Of a DNA stretch of 64,000 nucleotides, positions 9,311 to 19,789 are shown one piece after another. Location of the stretch: NCBI GenBank assembly GCA_963823035.1, contig CAWGKG010000020.1, forward strand, positions 192,001 through 256,000. The letters are read 5' to 3'. The position numbers were made by a program, and so were the translations under genes. The notes below the pieces were generated by a model. That model had not been told where the DNA came from. It worked only from the letters and a program-made list of their open reading frames with translations, and made no database searches. Source of the stretch: an uncultured Gemmatimonadales bacterium. Its GTDB lineage: Bacteria; Gemmatimonadota; Gemmatimonadetes; Longimicrobiales; Gaopeijiaceae. The stretch's first letter is position 1; each line of letters begins with the position of its first letter.

Positions 9311-12300
9311 GTAAGGAGAAAGGGGCCGGCGAGGGCCCCAGGTTCCCAGGCATCCTGACCGCCACGGACGGTACCGGGGCGGTGGTGCATGCCGAGACGA
9401 ACGCCAGCGATGCCGCCGGCGCCTACCCGATCACGCCGTCGACGCAGATGGGCGAAGGTTGGGCGGCGGCGCACGCGTCCGGGAAGCTCAACGTCAACGG
9501 CCGTCGGCTGCTCTTCTTCGAGCCCGAGGGTGAGCACGCCGCCGCCGCCGTGACCGCGGGGATGAGCATGACCGGGCTGCGCGCGACGAACTTCTCGAGC
9601 GGGCAGGGCATCGCCTACATGCACGAGTCGCTGTACGCGGCCACCGGCAAGCGCCTCACCTACGTGCTGAACGTCGCGGCGCGCGCGATGACCAAGCACG
9701 CGCTCAACGTGCACGCCGGCCACGACGACTACCACGCCGTGGACGACACGGGCTTCTTCCAGCTCTTCGGGAAAGACGTACAGGAAGGCGGCGACTTCAC
9801 GGTCATCTCGCACCGCATTGCGGAGCTGTCGCTCAATCCGGGGCTGAACGCGCAGGACGGCTTCCTGACCAGCCACATGATCGAGACGGCGAGGCTGGCC
9901 GAGCCCGAGTTGATCCGCGAGTACCTGGGCGACCCGGCCGACATGATCACGTCGCCGACGCCGGCGCAGCGCCTGACCTTCGGCGAGAAGCGGCGCCGGA
10001 TCCCGGAGCTGTTCAGCGTCGACTATCCGGCGATGCTCGGCACGGTACAGAACCAGGACTCCTACGCCCAGGGCGTGGCGGCCCAGCGGCCGTTCTACTT
10101 CGACCACATCGCCACGCTCTCGGACCAGGCGTTCGCGGAGTTCGCCGCGCTGACCGGCCGCTCCTACGCACGCGCGATCGGCTACCTGACCGACGACGCC
10201 GACTGGATCCTCGCGGGGCAGGGCTCCGTGGTCCCCAACCTCGAGGTCGTGGCGGAATACCTGCGCAAGACGCGCGGCCTGAAGGTCGGCGTGCTCAACG
10301 TGAGCATGTTCCGTCCCTTCCCGGCCGACCTGATCACGAAGATCGTGGCGGGCGCCAAGGGCGTGACGGTGTTGGAGCGCTGCGACCAGCCGCTCGCCGT
10401 CGACCCGCCGCTGCTGCGTGAGATCCGCGCTGCGATGACCCAGGGGATGGAGAATTGGCGGGTGGTGCATCCCACCGGCAACGGCCGCAAGAAGGCCGCG
10501 GCCGAGGCGGTCGCGCTCCCCTACCCGAAGCTCGCCCTGATCGATCCGGCCGCGATGCCGGACTTCTACTCGGCCGGCTTCGGCTTCGGTAGCCGCGACC
10601 TGCAGCCGGGCGACGTCATCGCCGCGGTCGACAACATGCTCCCCGAAGGGAAGCACAAGCGGCAGTTCTACCTCGGCATCGACTTCATCCGGAAGGGCAC
10701 GCGCCTGCCCAAGCTCCAGATCTGGCAGGAGCAGCTCCTCGACGCCTATCCGGATCTGGGCGACGCCGCGCTGGAGTCCGCGGGCGACCTGAACCTCCTC
10801 CCCGAGGGGTCGACCTCGCTGCGCATCCACTCGGTGGGCGGATGGGGCGCCATCACGATGGGCAAGAACATCGCGATGACGGCGTTCGAGCTGTTCGGCA
10901 TGAACGTGAAGGCGAACCCGAAGTACGGCTCCGAGAAGAAGGGCCAGCCCACCACCTTTTACGCCGTGCTGGCGCACGAGCCCATCAAGGTCAACGCCGA
11001 GCTGAAGCACGTGAACGTGGTCTTGTCGCCCGACGGCAACGTCTTCCGGCACTCCGACCCCCTCGCGGGGATGGAGGAGGGCGGCGTCTTCATCATCCAG
11101 AGCCACGAGTCGCCCGAGGAGCTGTGGAAGTCGCTTCCGGCCGAGGCGCGTCGCTTCATCCGTGACAAGAAGGTCCAGGTCTTCTGCCTCGACGCCTTCG
11201 GCATCGCGTCGGCCGAGGCTTCGGATGCCGAGCTGCGCTACCGCATGCAGGGCGTCGCCTTCCTGGGCGCCTTCTTCAAGTGCGCGCCGCTCGCGAAGAA
11301 CGAGGGGCTGGACGAGGCCGGCGTTTTCGAGGGCATCAAGGCCCAGATCGAGTCCAAGTTCGGCAAGCTCGGCCAGCGGGTGGTCGACGACAACATGCGC
11401 GTCATCCGCCGCGGCTTCGACGAGGTGACGGCCGTCCCGACGGACGTCGACCACGAAGCGGACGAGGCGAAGGCCGCGCCGGGGTCCCACATCCCGTCGC
11501 TGCTGAACACGCCCGATGCCGAGATGGGCATCGGCAACCAGGGACGTTTCTTCGAGCAGGTATGCGCGGTGTGCTCGATCGGCCAGGACGGGATCTCCGA
11601 TCCCTACGCGGCGCTGTCCGCGATCCCGGCCGCCACGAGCACCGTGCGCGACATGACGAACATCCGCTTCGAGGTCCCGGACTTCGTGGCGGACAAGTGC
11701 ACGGGGTGCAGCCAGTGCTGGGTGCAGTGCCCGGACGCGGCGATCCCCGGGCTCGTGCTCTCCGTGGAGGACCTGCTCGATACGGCGATCCGCACCACGG
11801 GGAACGGCAAGCCCAACGACCGCGTCAAGCAGATCGCGAAGCACCTCGCGAAGGAGTCCCGCAAGATCCTGAAGGGCGTGCCCTTCAAGACGTTCGGCGA
11901 GGTGGCCGCGTCCGCCTATGCGAACGTCGTCGGCAAGCTCGGATGGGACGCGGACCGGCGTGCGCAGCTCGACGAGGAGTGGTCGAGGGTCTTTCCCGTC
12001 CTCGCCGAGTTCCCGCTCGCCAAGACCACGCCCTTCTTCGATCTCCCCGACTCGAAGGAGAAGGACTCGGGCGGCCTGCTGGCCATCACGATCAACCCCG
12101 AGGCCTGCAAGGGCTGCAACATCTGCGTGGACGTGTGCCCCGAGCACGCTCTGATCACCGTCCAGCAGGACGAGGAGATCGTCGACAAGCTGCGCCGCAA
12201 CTGGAAGTTCTGGGAGCGGCTCCCCGACACCGACGACCGCTACATCAACGTCCGCGACATCGACGAGGGCATCGGTGTCCTGTCGTCGCTGCTCCTCAAG

Positions 12301-14424
12301 AAGGACAACTACCGCTCGATGGCGGGCGGCGACGGCGCGTGCATGGGGTGCGGCGAGAAGACCGCCGTGCACCTCGTGACCTCGACCGTCGAGGCGCTCA
12401 TGCAGCCGCGCGTCGACAAGGTCCTGAAGGAGATCGACCGCCTCATCGCCGAGTTGGATCGGCAGGCGCGCGAGCTCGTGGGCTCCGAGGCCGACCTCTC
12501 GAAGGCGGCGACCGGGTCCGGCGACGAGGTCGGCGTGAAGCTGCCCGCGGCCAAGAAGGCGCAGCTCGCGCTCCTCGAGAAGTCGAAGGCGGAGCTCGAG
12601 CACCTCAAGTGGCTGTATGTCCAGGGCCCGAGCGGCCGTGGACGGGTCAACCTGGGCATCACGAATTCCACGGGCTGCTCCTCCGTGTGGGCGAGCACGT
12701 ACCCGTACAACCCCTATCCCTTCCCCTGGGTGAACCACCTCTTCCAGGATGCCCCGTCGATCGCCATCGGCGTGTTCGAAGGGCACATGCGGAAGATGGG
12801 TGACGCCTTTCTGTCGCTGCGCAAGGCGCGCCAGCTCGTGGACGGCACGTACGACGCCGACGCGTTCCGCCGCCTCGCGGTGGAGTTCGACTGGCAGCAG
12901 TTCACCGACGAGGAGTTCCATCTGTGCCCGCCCATCCTGAGCATCGGGGGCGACGGCGCGATGATGGACATCGGCTTCCAGAACCTCTCCCGCCTCATGG
13001 CGAGCGGGAAGCCCATCCGGGTCATGGTACTGGACACGCAGGTCTACTCCAACACGGGCGGTCAGGCCTGCACCTCCGGGTTCACCGGGCAGGTCTCGGA
13101 CATGTCCGCGTGGGGGAAAGCGCATCACGGGAAGTCGGAGGTCCGTAAGGAACTGGCCTTCATCGCCATGGCCCACAGAGGCGTGTTCGTCCACCAGTCC
13201 TCTCAGGCCTCCGCTTCCCACCTCATCGAGGGCGTCATCAAGGGCCTCAACACCCGGCGCCCCTCCGTCTTCGTCGTCTACACACCGTGCCCGGTGGAGC
13301 ACGGCCTCGCGGACGACTGGGCTCCCACGGCGGCCAGGCTGGCGCTCGAGTCCCGGGCGTTCCCCTTCCTGACGTACGACCCCGACGCCGGGAAGGACGT
13401 GGCCGACTGCCTGTCGCTGTCCGGCAACCCCGGCCTCGACCAGGTCTGGCCGACCTACGAGCTCAAGTACGTGGACGACGACGGCAAGGACGCGTCCATG
13501 GAGCTGCCGCTCACGATCGCCGACTGGGCCGCCACCGAGGTCCGTTTCCGGAAGAACTTCTCGGAGCTCGCGCCCGAGAAGGTGGACGACTCGTTCGTCC
13601 CCTTCCACGAGCTGGCGCTCATGCCTCCCGAGGAGCGGGCGGGGAAGAAGGCGTTCATCTGGACGCTCACCGACGACCGGAAGCTCAAGCGCCTCCAGGT
13701 GGGCAACGAGATGATCCTGCTGGCCGACGACCGGCTCATGTTCTGGCACCAGCTCAAGGAGCTGGCCGGGCTCGACGTCCCCGAGTCGGTGCACGACACG
13801 CTCTCCGGCGAGATGGAGGCCGAGTTCGAGAAGAAGTCGAAGGCGCTCGAGCAGGAGTACGAGGCCAAGCTCGCCGAGCCTCAAGGCGACCTACCCGCGC
13901 GCGATCGCGCGGCGGATGGCCGAGAGCCTGCTCTAGATGGGCGACGGCCAGATGACGGTCGCGGACCTGCTCACGCGCGCCGAGTCGACGCGTGGCCTCG
14001 AGCCGATCGGGCCGATGGATGGCGTGGACTTCGGTGGGGGCGGCGTGGCTGCTCCGGCGAAGGCGCCCGTAGCCGACAAGGCGCCCTCGGGCGGGAACGG
14101 CGCGACGTCGCCGGCGCCCGCGGAGGAGGCGGCCGTGGCGGTGGCGGAGCCGGAAGGGAGGACGACGACAGCCTCGCGATGGAGGCCTACATCGAGACGC
14201 CGCGGTGCACCTCGTGCAACGACTGCACGAACCTCAACAGCCGCATGTTCGCCTACGACGACAACAAGCAGGCCTACATCAAGGACGTGCACGCGGGGAC
14301 GTTCGCGCAGCTCGTCCAGGCGGCCGAGAAGTGCCCGGCCGGCATCATCCACCCCGGGGACCCGACGAACCCGAAGGAGAAGGACCTGGAGAAGTGGGTG
14401 AAGCGGGCCGAGCCGTTCAACTGA
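9307..14424 (+). CDS. Large single-chain pyruvate/2-oxoacid:ferredoxin oxidoreductase (PFOR/NifJ-like) with C-terminal ferredoxin domain
   Basis: YPITPS, CTGCSQCWVQCP, CKGCNICVDVCP, GACMGCGE, NSTGCSSVW, GGDG...DTQVYSNTGGQ, C-terminal CTSCNDC...CP; compensating indels near 13880 and 14157. Confidence 0.9.
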   Translation: MSKEKGAGEGPRFPGILTATDGTGAVVHAETNASDAAGAYPITPSTQMGEGWAAAHASGKLNVNGRRLLFFEPEGEHAAAAVTAGMSMTGLRATNFSSGQGIAYMHESLYAATGKRLTYVLNVAARAMTKHALNVHAGHDDYHAVDDTGFFQLFGKDVQEGGDFTVISHRIAELSLNPGLNAQDGFLTSHMIETARLAEPELIREYLGDPADMITSPTPAQRLTFGEKRRRIPELFSVDYPAMLGTVQNQDSYAQGVAAQRPFYFDHIATLSDQAFAEFAALTGRSYARAIGYLTDDADWILAGQGSVVPNLEVVAEYLRKTRGLKVGVLNVSMFRPFPADLITKIVAGAKGVTVLERCDQPLAVDPPLLREIRAAMTQGMENWRVVHPTGNGRKKAAAEAVALPYPKLALIDPAAMPDFYSAGFGFGSRDLQPGDVIAAVDNMLPEGKHKRQFYLGIDFIRKGTRLPKLQIWQEQLLDAYPDLGDAALESAGDLNLLPEGSTSLRIHSVGGWGAITMGKNIAMTAFELFGMNVKANPKYGSEKKGQPTTFYAVLAHEPIKVNAELKHVNVVLSPDGNVFRHSDPLAGMEEGGVFIIQSHESPEELWKSLPAEARRFIRDKKVQVFCLDAFGIASAEASDAELRYRMQGVAFLGAFFKCAPLAKNEGLDEAGVFEGIKAQIESKFGKLGQRVVDDNMRVIRRGFDEVTAVPTDVDHEADEAKAAPGSHIPSLLNTPDAEMGIGNQGRFFEQVCAVCSIGQDGISDPYAALSAIPAATSTVRDMTNIRFEVPDFVADKCTGCSQCWVQCPDAAIPGLVLSVEDLLDTAIRTTGNGKPNDRVKQIAKHLAKESRKILKGVPFKTFGEVAASAYANVVGKLGWDADRRAQLDEEWSRVFPVLAEFPLAKTTPFFDLPDSKEKDSGGLLAITINPEACKGCNICVDVCPEHALITVQQDEEIVDKLRRNWKFWERLPDTDDRYINVRDIDEGIGVLSSLLLKKDNYRSMAGGDGACMGCGEKTAVHLVTSTVEALMQPRVDKVLKEIDRLIAELDRQARELVGSEADLSKAATGSGDEVGVKLPAAKKAQLALLEKSKAELEHLKWLYVQGPSGRGRVNLGITNSTGCSSVWASTYPYNPYPFPWVNHLFQDAPSIAIGVFEGHMRKMGDAFLSLRKARQLVDGTYDADAFRRLAVEFDWQQFTDEEFHLCPPILSIGGDGAMMDIGFQNLSRLMASGKPIRVMVLDTQVYSNTGGQACTSGFTGQVSDMSAWGKAHHGKSEVRKELAFIAMAHRGVFVHQSSQASASHLIEGVIKGLNTRRPSVFVVYTPCPVEHGLADDWAPTAARLALESRAFPFLTYDPDAGKDVADCLSLSGNPGLDQVWPTYELKYVDDDGKDASMELPLTIADWAATEVRFRKNFSELAPEKVDDSFVPFHELALMPPEERAGKKAFIWTLTDDRKLKRLQVGNEMILLADDRLMFWHQLKELAGLDVPESVHDTLSGEMEAEFEKKSKALEQEYEAKLAEPQGDLPARDRAADGREPALDGRRPDDGRGPAHARRVDAWPRADRADGWRGLRWGRRGCSGEGARSRQGALGRERRDVAGARGGGGRGGGGAGREDDDSLAMEAYIETPRCTSCNDCTNLNSRMFAYDDNKQAYIKDVHAGTFAQLVQAAEKCPAGIIHPGDPTNPKEKDLEKWVKRAEPFN

Positions 14425-14456
14425 GCGGCTGACACGCCGAACCCATGGGAGCGGCA

Positions 14457-14491
14457 CGGCCGGGGGGTGGAGACATCCCCCGGCCGCTTTT
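14457..14491 (+). terminator. Probable intrinsic terminator of operon 1
   Basis: 13-bp stem CGGCCGGGGGGTG/CATCCCCCGGCCG (one G-U), GAGA loop, followed by CTTTT. Confidence 0.7.
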
Positions 14492-14493
14492 CG

Positions 14494-15228
14494 TCAGTCC
14501 CCCGAAGCCTTCCCCGGATACCGCTGCGCGACGTCGCGCAGGAGCCGGTTCACGACGTTGGCCGACTCGGGGAAGAGGTATCGGTCGGACATGCGGTTGA
14601 GGGCCCGGCGGACGCCGGGGAACGCCCGCGCCACATCGCGGAAGAGGTCGCCCACGCCGAGCGCCTCTGCCTCGCGCGTCTCCGCCGCCATGCGGTAGCC
14701 GGTCGCACCCATCCGCTCGTAGTAGGAGAGGGCGGGCGCGCCCTTCCTCTCGAGGCGACGCTCCAGGTAGTCGGGGAAGATCCCCGAGACCCAGAGGGAA
14801 TAGTTGCCGAGGTGGCAACGGAGGAGGAAGGCGTTCCTGCCGCCCTCACCGTCCGCCCGGGAGACGATGTCGACGAGGTAGTGGAACTCCTCGTCGGCGC
14901 GGTCCGAGATCCGGTACGCGCGAGAGCCGCACCCGAAGCGCACCACGAGCGTGGCGATGTAGTCCGCCATCGCGCGGTCGTCGATGGCGCTCTCGAGCAG
15001 GGCGTGGCGTACCAGGACGTAGGCGAGGACCTCCGGTGACGCCGCCGCGTGGGGATCGGTCAAGAGGGCGTTGAGTACCCGCGGATCGTCGAGGATCGCG
15101 TCGATCCCGTTCTCCTCCAGACGCCGGAGGGCCGCCTGCTCGGTTTCGGGATCGCCACGGCCGATGAGGCGCACGAGGTGGCGCGCCTCCTGTCGGTCGA
15201 ACGACGCTCGGATCGTCGGCAAGATCAT
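14494..15228 (-). CDS. Hypothetical protein
   Basis: 244-aa ORF with RBS (GGAGG) and protein-like composition (HLGNYSLWVSGIFPDY, SYYERMG). Confidence 0.75.
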   Translation of the reverse strand: MILPTIRASFDRQEARHLVRLIGRGDPETEQAALRRLEENGIDAILDDPRVLNALLTDPHAAASPEVLAYVLVRHALLESAIDDRAMADYIATLVVRFGCGSRAYRISDRADEEFHYLVDIVSRADGEGGRNAFLLRCHLGNYSLWVSGIFPDYLERRLERKGAPALSYYERMGATGYRMAAETREAEALGVGDLFRDVARAFPGVRRALNRMSDRYLFPESANVVNRLLRDVAQRYPGKASGD

Positions 15229-15380
15229 CGCGGACCTCCCCCTCTGCTCCTGGTCGGCACGTGCGCTCGGGCGGGCAGGGCCCCGCCGCTTGCCTCCTCT
15301 TCAACCGTTGTTCGTGCCGAACGTCGAGGTCAAGCGTCCCGTGGCCGGCCGCGCCACGGGCGTGGACCCGGTGGAGGCCC

Positions 15381-15995
15381 CTAGCCGCTCCCCCGGCGCC
15401 GTGTGGGTGTTCGTGCCCTTCCGCGTGCTCGTCCTCGCCCTTCGTGCTCGTCGGCGCGCTCCTGCTCCTCGGCGTGCTCGGCGTACTCCGCGCGCCACTG
15501 GGCGTACCGGGCGGCGCTCATCCCGGGGAGCTGCTTCACGAAGGCGACGATGGCCCAGACGGTCTCCGCCGAGTGCGTGTCGCCGAAGCCGGGCATTCCG
15601 GTGAACTTGATCCCGTGGTCCACGATCCAGAACAGCTCGGCGTCGTCGGTCTCGGCGTCGTCCGCGCCCAGGTCCGGCGGCTCCGGATTCAACCCCTTCC
15701 CGATCGAGCCGCGCTCCACGCCGGGAGCCCCGTGGCAGGTCACGCACATCTCGTCGTACTCGCCGAACCCGTGCCGCAGGGCCTCGGGGTCGGTGGGCGC
15801 CACCCCCTCCACGGACGACGCGCGCGTCTCGACCGAGCGGTCCATCAGGGCGTGCAGCGCCCAGCGGGTGACGCCGGTGTGGGGGGAATCGGCGGCCACG
15901 TCGTAGGCGCCCGAGAAGAGGAAGGCGAGCGCCAGCACCAGGAGCGCGGCGACGGTTCCCAGCACCGACCAGACCACCACGGGGGCCTTCTTCAT
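15381..15995 (-). CDS. Membrane-anchored monoheme c-type cytochrome
   Basis: N-terminal TM, CVTCHGAPG heme motif, GIKFTGMPGF axial Met; possible frameshift in the His/Glu-rich tail. Confidence 0.85.
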   Translation of the reverse strand: MKKAPVVVWSVLGTVAALLVLALAFLFSGAYDVAADSPHTGVTRWALHALMDRSVETRASSVEGVAPTDPEALRHGFGEYDEMCVTCHGAPGVERGSIGKGLNPEPPDLGADDAETDDAELFWIVDHGIKFTGMPGFGDTHSAETVWAIVAFVKQLPGMSAARYAQWRAEYAEHAEEQERADEHEGRGRARGRARTPTRRRGSG

Positions 15996-16255
15996 GCGTA
16001 CCTCCCTTCGGGGCAGGGCGCGCGGCTCTGCGGCCGCGTCCAGGAGGGGCGAGTGAGGCGCCGCCCCGTCGGCATCGTCTCGCATCGTGCCGTCGGAGGC
16101 AAGCGTGGGGACGGACGAGGCGTATCTGGGACTCGGCCGGCCTTGTGACGCGGACGCCGAGGTAGGAGGTTCGAGCGCGAACGCCCGGCCGCGTGCGTCG
16201 GCCGGGCCCGTCGTCGACCTTCTACCCGGGCCCGCCGCCCGCGTACGGACCCTCC

Positions 16256-17266
16256 ATGCGAGCACTGAAGAAGGCGCTGGGCCTCGCCGTCCTCGTCCTG
16301 GTCGCGGTCGCGCTGGTGCGGGTGGGGCAGGGAAGGCTCGCGATATCGCGCTTCGCGAACGCGCAGGCGGTGCTCGCGCCCCGGTCGGTGGAGGCGCTCG
16401 GGCCCCTCCCGGAGCAGCTCGTGGAGAGCTCGGGGCTGGGCGTGAGCCGATCCCACTCCGGGATCCTGTGGACGCACAACGACTCGGGCGACCGTCCACG
16501 CTTCTACGCGCTCGACATGTCCGCCCGCCTCGTCGCGACGTACGACGTCGCCGGCGCGTCGGCGCGCGACTGGGAGGACATGGCCGTGGCCGCCTGCCCG
16601 GAGGACGCCGGCACGGAGGGCTCCGAGGCCGCCGACTGCCTCTATCTGGCGGACACGGGGGACAACGGGCTGGAGCGCGACGTGCTCACCGTGTACGTGG
16701 TGCCCGAGCCCGACCCGACGGACTCGACGCGCACGGCGACCCCATTGGGAAGGCTCCGCTTCCGCTACCCGGACGGCCCCCACGACGTGGAAGGGGTGGC
16801 GGTGGCGCGGGAGGGTGACCTGGTCCTCGTCACGAAGGGGCGCACGCCCGACGTCCTGCTCTTCGACCTCCCGAGCCCGGACGTCGTGGCGGCCATGGAG
16901 GCCGACACGGTGGTCGAGCTCCCGGCCGGCCGGAGGCTCCCGATCGAGCCGAACTGGCAGATCGGACGCGTGGTCACCGGCGCCGCGCTCAGCCCCGACG
17001 GCGCGACGCTCGCCGTGCGCACCTACTCGGAGATCTGGTTCTTCCCCTGGCCGCTGCCGGCCGACCCGGGCGACGCCGCGACGTGCTTCCTGGGCGCGCT
17101 GGAGCCCTCCGGGGAAGCGGTCGACTGGGAGGACGCGACCACCCTCCTCCTGACGTCGGAGACCTCCGGAGGCCGGCAGGGACAGCTCACGCGCGTCCGA
17201 TGCGCGATGGACGGCGTCCTGAGCCCGACGCCCGCTGGCCTCGCTCTTGCATCCCGCCCGGCATGA
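16256..17266 (+). CDS. Exported probable beta-propeller protein
   Basis: Signal/TM segment, ESSGL..S...WTHNDSGD, DWEDMA, LYLADTGDN, DVEGVA repeats. Confidence 0.65.
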   Translation: MRALKKALGLAVLVLVAVALVRVGQGRLAISRFANAQAVLAPRSVEALGPLPEQLVESSGLGVSRSHSGILWTHNDSGDRPRFYALDMSARLVATYDVAGASARDWEDMAVAACPEDAGTEGSEAADCLYLADTGDNGLERDVLTVYVVPEPDPTDSTRTATPLGRLRFRYPDGPHDVEGVAVAREGDLVLVTKGRTPDVLLFDLPSPDVVAAMEADTVVELPAGRRLPIEPNWQIGRVVTGAALSPDGATLAVRTYSEIWFFPWPLPADPGDAATCFLGALEPSGEAVDWEDATTLLLTSETSGGRQGQLTRVRCAMDGVLSPTPAGLALASRPA

Positions 17267-17341
17267 CCGCGGCGTGGCTCCGCCGCGGGGCGCGCGCACT
17301 CCGGGCGCGGTTCACTCCGGAGGATCCCGCGAGGAGGTACC

Positions 17342-17791
17342 ATGTTCAAGCTGCCCAGACGCTCGCTGCCGCTCGCCCTCGTGCCCGCCCTCTTCTGGGC
17401 GTTGGGCTCGAAACGGCCGGCGGAGCGGTTCACCGCCACCCTCGACGGATCGAGCGAGGTCCCGGCCGTACAGACGAAGGCCACCGGCTCGGCCACGGTC
17501 ACGATCGACGGTGACCACCTTACCTGGCACGTGGAGGTGACGGGGATCGACCACCCCACCATGGCGCACATCCACGGCGCGGCCGCGGGCGAGAACGGCG
17601 GCGTCCTGGTCCCCCTCTTCCGCGAGGACAAGGGCGCGGGCTTCTCCGGGGTGCTCACGGAGGGCAACACCACGGTGGAGGCCGACGTGATCGAGCAGAT
17701 CCGCGCCGGGAACGCCTACGTGAACGTGCACACCGCGGCGAATCCGCGCGGGGAGATCCGCGGCCAACTCACCCCCGATTCGGGTATGTGA
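17342..17791 (+). CDS. CHRD-domain protein
   Basis: Signal peptide, L.GSSEVP, AHIHG, YVNVHT..NPRGEIRGQL. Confidence 0.9.
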   Translation: MFKLPRRSLPLALVPALFWALGSKRPAERFTATLDGSSEVPAVQTKATGSATVTIDGDHLTWHVEVTGIDHPTMAHIHGAAAGENGGVLVPLFREDKGAGFSGVLTEGNTTVEADVIEQIRAGNAYVNVHTAANPRGEIRGQLTPDSGM

Positions 17792-17825
17792 GCGTAGCGT
17801 CGCCGACGCGGCTCTCAGCGCCGCG

Positions 17826-19779
17826 CTAGTCGCAACTCAGGCACTTGTGGTTGTTCGTGGCGCCGAGGCTCTCCAGGAGCGCGATGGTCTCCGGGAAGGG
17901 CTGTACGCGCTGCTGCGGGCCGTTGGCCATGTCGACGGTGGTCTGGCCCGTGCGCGCCACGAGGGTGACGTCCGCGCCATGATCCACGAGGTACTGGATG
18001 ACCTCGTTGTCCCCGCGGGCCGCCGCGTGGTGCACCGGCGTGAAGCCCTGGAAGTCGCGGACGTTCACGTCGGCACCCAGCTCCTCGACCAGGTACTTCA
18101 CCGCGGGTAGCCAGCTGCCGGGCACGTGGCGGTGCGAGTTGCCGGCGCGCGCCTGTCCGTAGCCCACGCCCGTGGCTGCGTGGATCGGGTAGACACCGGG
18201 GCCGTAGACCGGGACCGGCGGAAGGCCGGACGGATCCGCCTCCTTCTTCTCTCCGTCGGGCCTGCCGAACCCGCCGCCTCCGCGCGCGCCTCCACGGCGG
18301 CGTGACGGAGGCTTCATCGTCGGGATACCGGGATCCGCCCCGTGGTCCACGAGCAACTGCATCGCGGGAACGTCCAGCGCGTAGGCGGCACGCCAGAAGG
18401 GCGTGGCGCCCATGAAGTCGACGCCCAGCAGATCGAAGTTGTAGGACGTGTACCAGGGGTGCTTCTTCAATCGGACGTTCACGTCGGCGCCCTTCTCGAT
18501 GAGCGCGGCCATGAGGTCGAGGTACGACGTCTCCTGCTGCTTGAAGGCGGTCGGCTGCGGGTAGAACGCCTTCGGCGCCCAGCGGTTGTTGAGCGCGGCG
18601 AAGAGCGGCGCCACGCCCGCGTCGCTCGCGAGGTTCGGGTCCGCCCCCTCCGAGAGGAAGACCATCGCCAGGTCGTAGTTGCCGTTGATCGTGGCGATGA
18701 GCAGCGGGGTGGTGTGGTCGCCCGCGGTGGGCTCGTTGACGTCCGCCCCGGCGGCGAGCAGCGCCTTCGCCTCCTCGAGGTGGCCGTCCCGTGCCGCGTA
18801 GTGCAGCGCGCTCATCCCGCCCTGGCGGCCCACCAGGTCGGCGTAGCCGAAGGGCTCGGGCTCGGGAGGCGCCGGGTTGGCCTCGGCGGCCTGCTCGGCC
18901 GGGGCCGCGGCGTCGCGCTTCCAGCTGGCGTCCTGGTCGAGCGGCTCCGCGGGCTTCGCGGCTCCTTCTTCGCGGCCTTCTCCGCGGGCTTCGCGCCCGC
19001 GGCCGGCGCCTCGTCGCGGCTCTGGAGCTGCGCGGCCGAGCGGTCCGCCACGGTCTCCGTGGCCCCTCCTCCTTCTCGTCGTCCTCCTCGGGCGGCAGCA
19101 GGCCCGCCGCCTCCTTCTTCGCCTGCATGAGCTTCTCGCGACGCTCCTGCAGGGGGATGTCCTCCTTGGCGCGCTCGGCGTAGTCGACCACGGTGGTCTC
19201 GAGCGTGACGTCGGCTCCGCGCTGGAGCAGCACCTTCAGGGCCTCGAGCCGGTTGTCGGCCACGGCGAAGATCAGGGGCGTCTGCCCCGCCGCGCTCTCC
19301 CGGGCGTTCACGTCGGCGCCGTGGTCGAGCAGCGCGGCGATCGCATCCGGATTGCCGGCGCCGGCCGCGAGGTGGAGCGCGGTCGCGCCGGTGCTCGTGC
19401 GCGCGTCCACGCGGCTGCCCGCCTCCAGGAGGGCACGCACCACCCCCTCGCGTCCGTTGCGGGCCGCGAGGTGGAGAGCCGTGTATCCGCCCAGGCGCGT
19501 CGTCGCTTCGAGGTTCGCGCCCGCGTAGGCCAGGACGCCCACCAGCGCCGGGTCGGCGTTGCGCGCCGCCCAGTGCAGGGCGGTCATGCCGTCCGCCTGT
19601 GCCGCGTTCACGTCGGCACCCTCGCGCAGGAGGCTCCGCACGGACGCCACGTCGTCCTTCTGTGCGGCGTCGGCAACGCGGGTGTCGCCCGGCGGCGCGG
19701 CCAGGAGCAAGGTCAGCGCGAGCGCGCTCCACGCGCTCGCTCGGAGTCGACCACCGGATCCATGCAGCATGGTGCTCAC
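17826..19779 (-). CDS. Exported ankyrin-repeat protein (frameshifted in low-complexity linker ~18850-19070)
   Basis: Repeated GxTALHxAA / GADVN units in both ORF halves; C-terminal CLSC. Confidence 0.85.
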
Positions 19780-19789
19780 CCCCGTGCGC

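Noticed and set aside
9262..13884. 1540-aa minus-strand ORF
   Set aside because: Antisense shadow of the PFOR-like gene, typical of high-GC codon bias; no motifs
13934..13936. In-frame TAG as possible pyrrolysine codon
   Set aside because: No pyl genes in the window, not at a catalytic position, and adjacent to indel errors
18840..19110. Repetitive Ala/Glu/Lys/Pro-rich DNA in the ankyrin gene
   Set aside because: Low-complexity protein linker, not a repeat array
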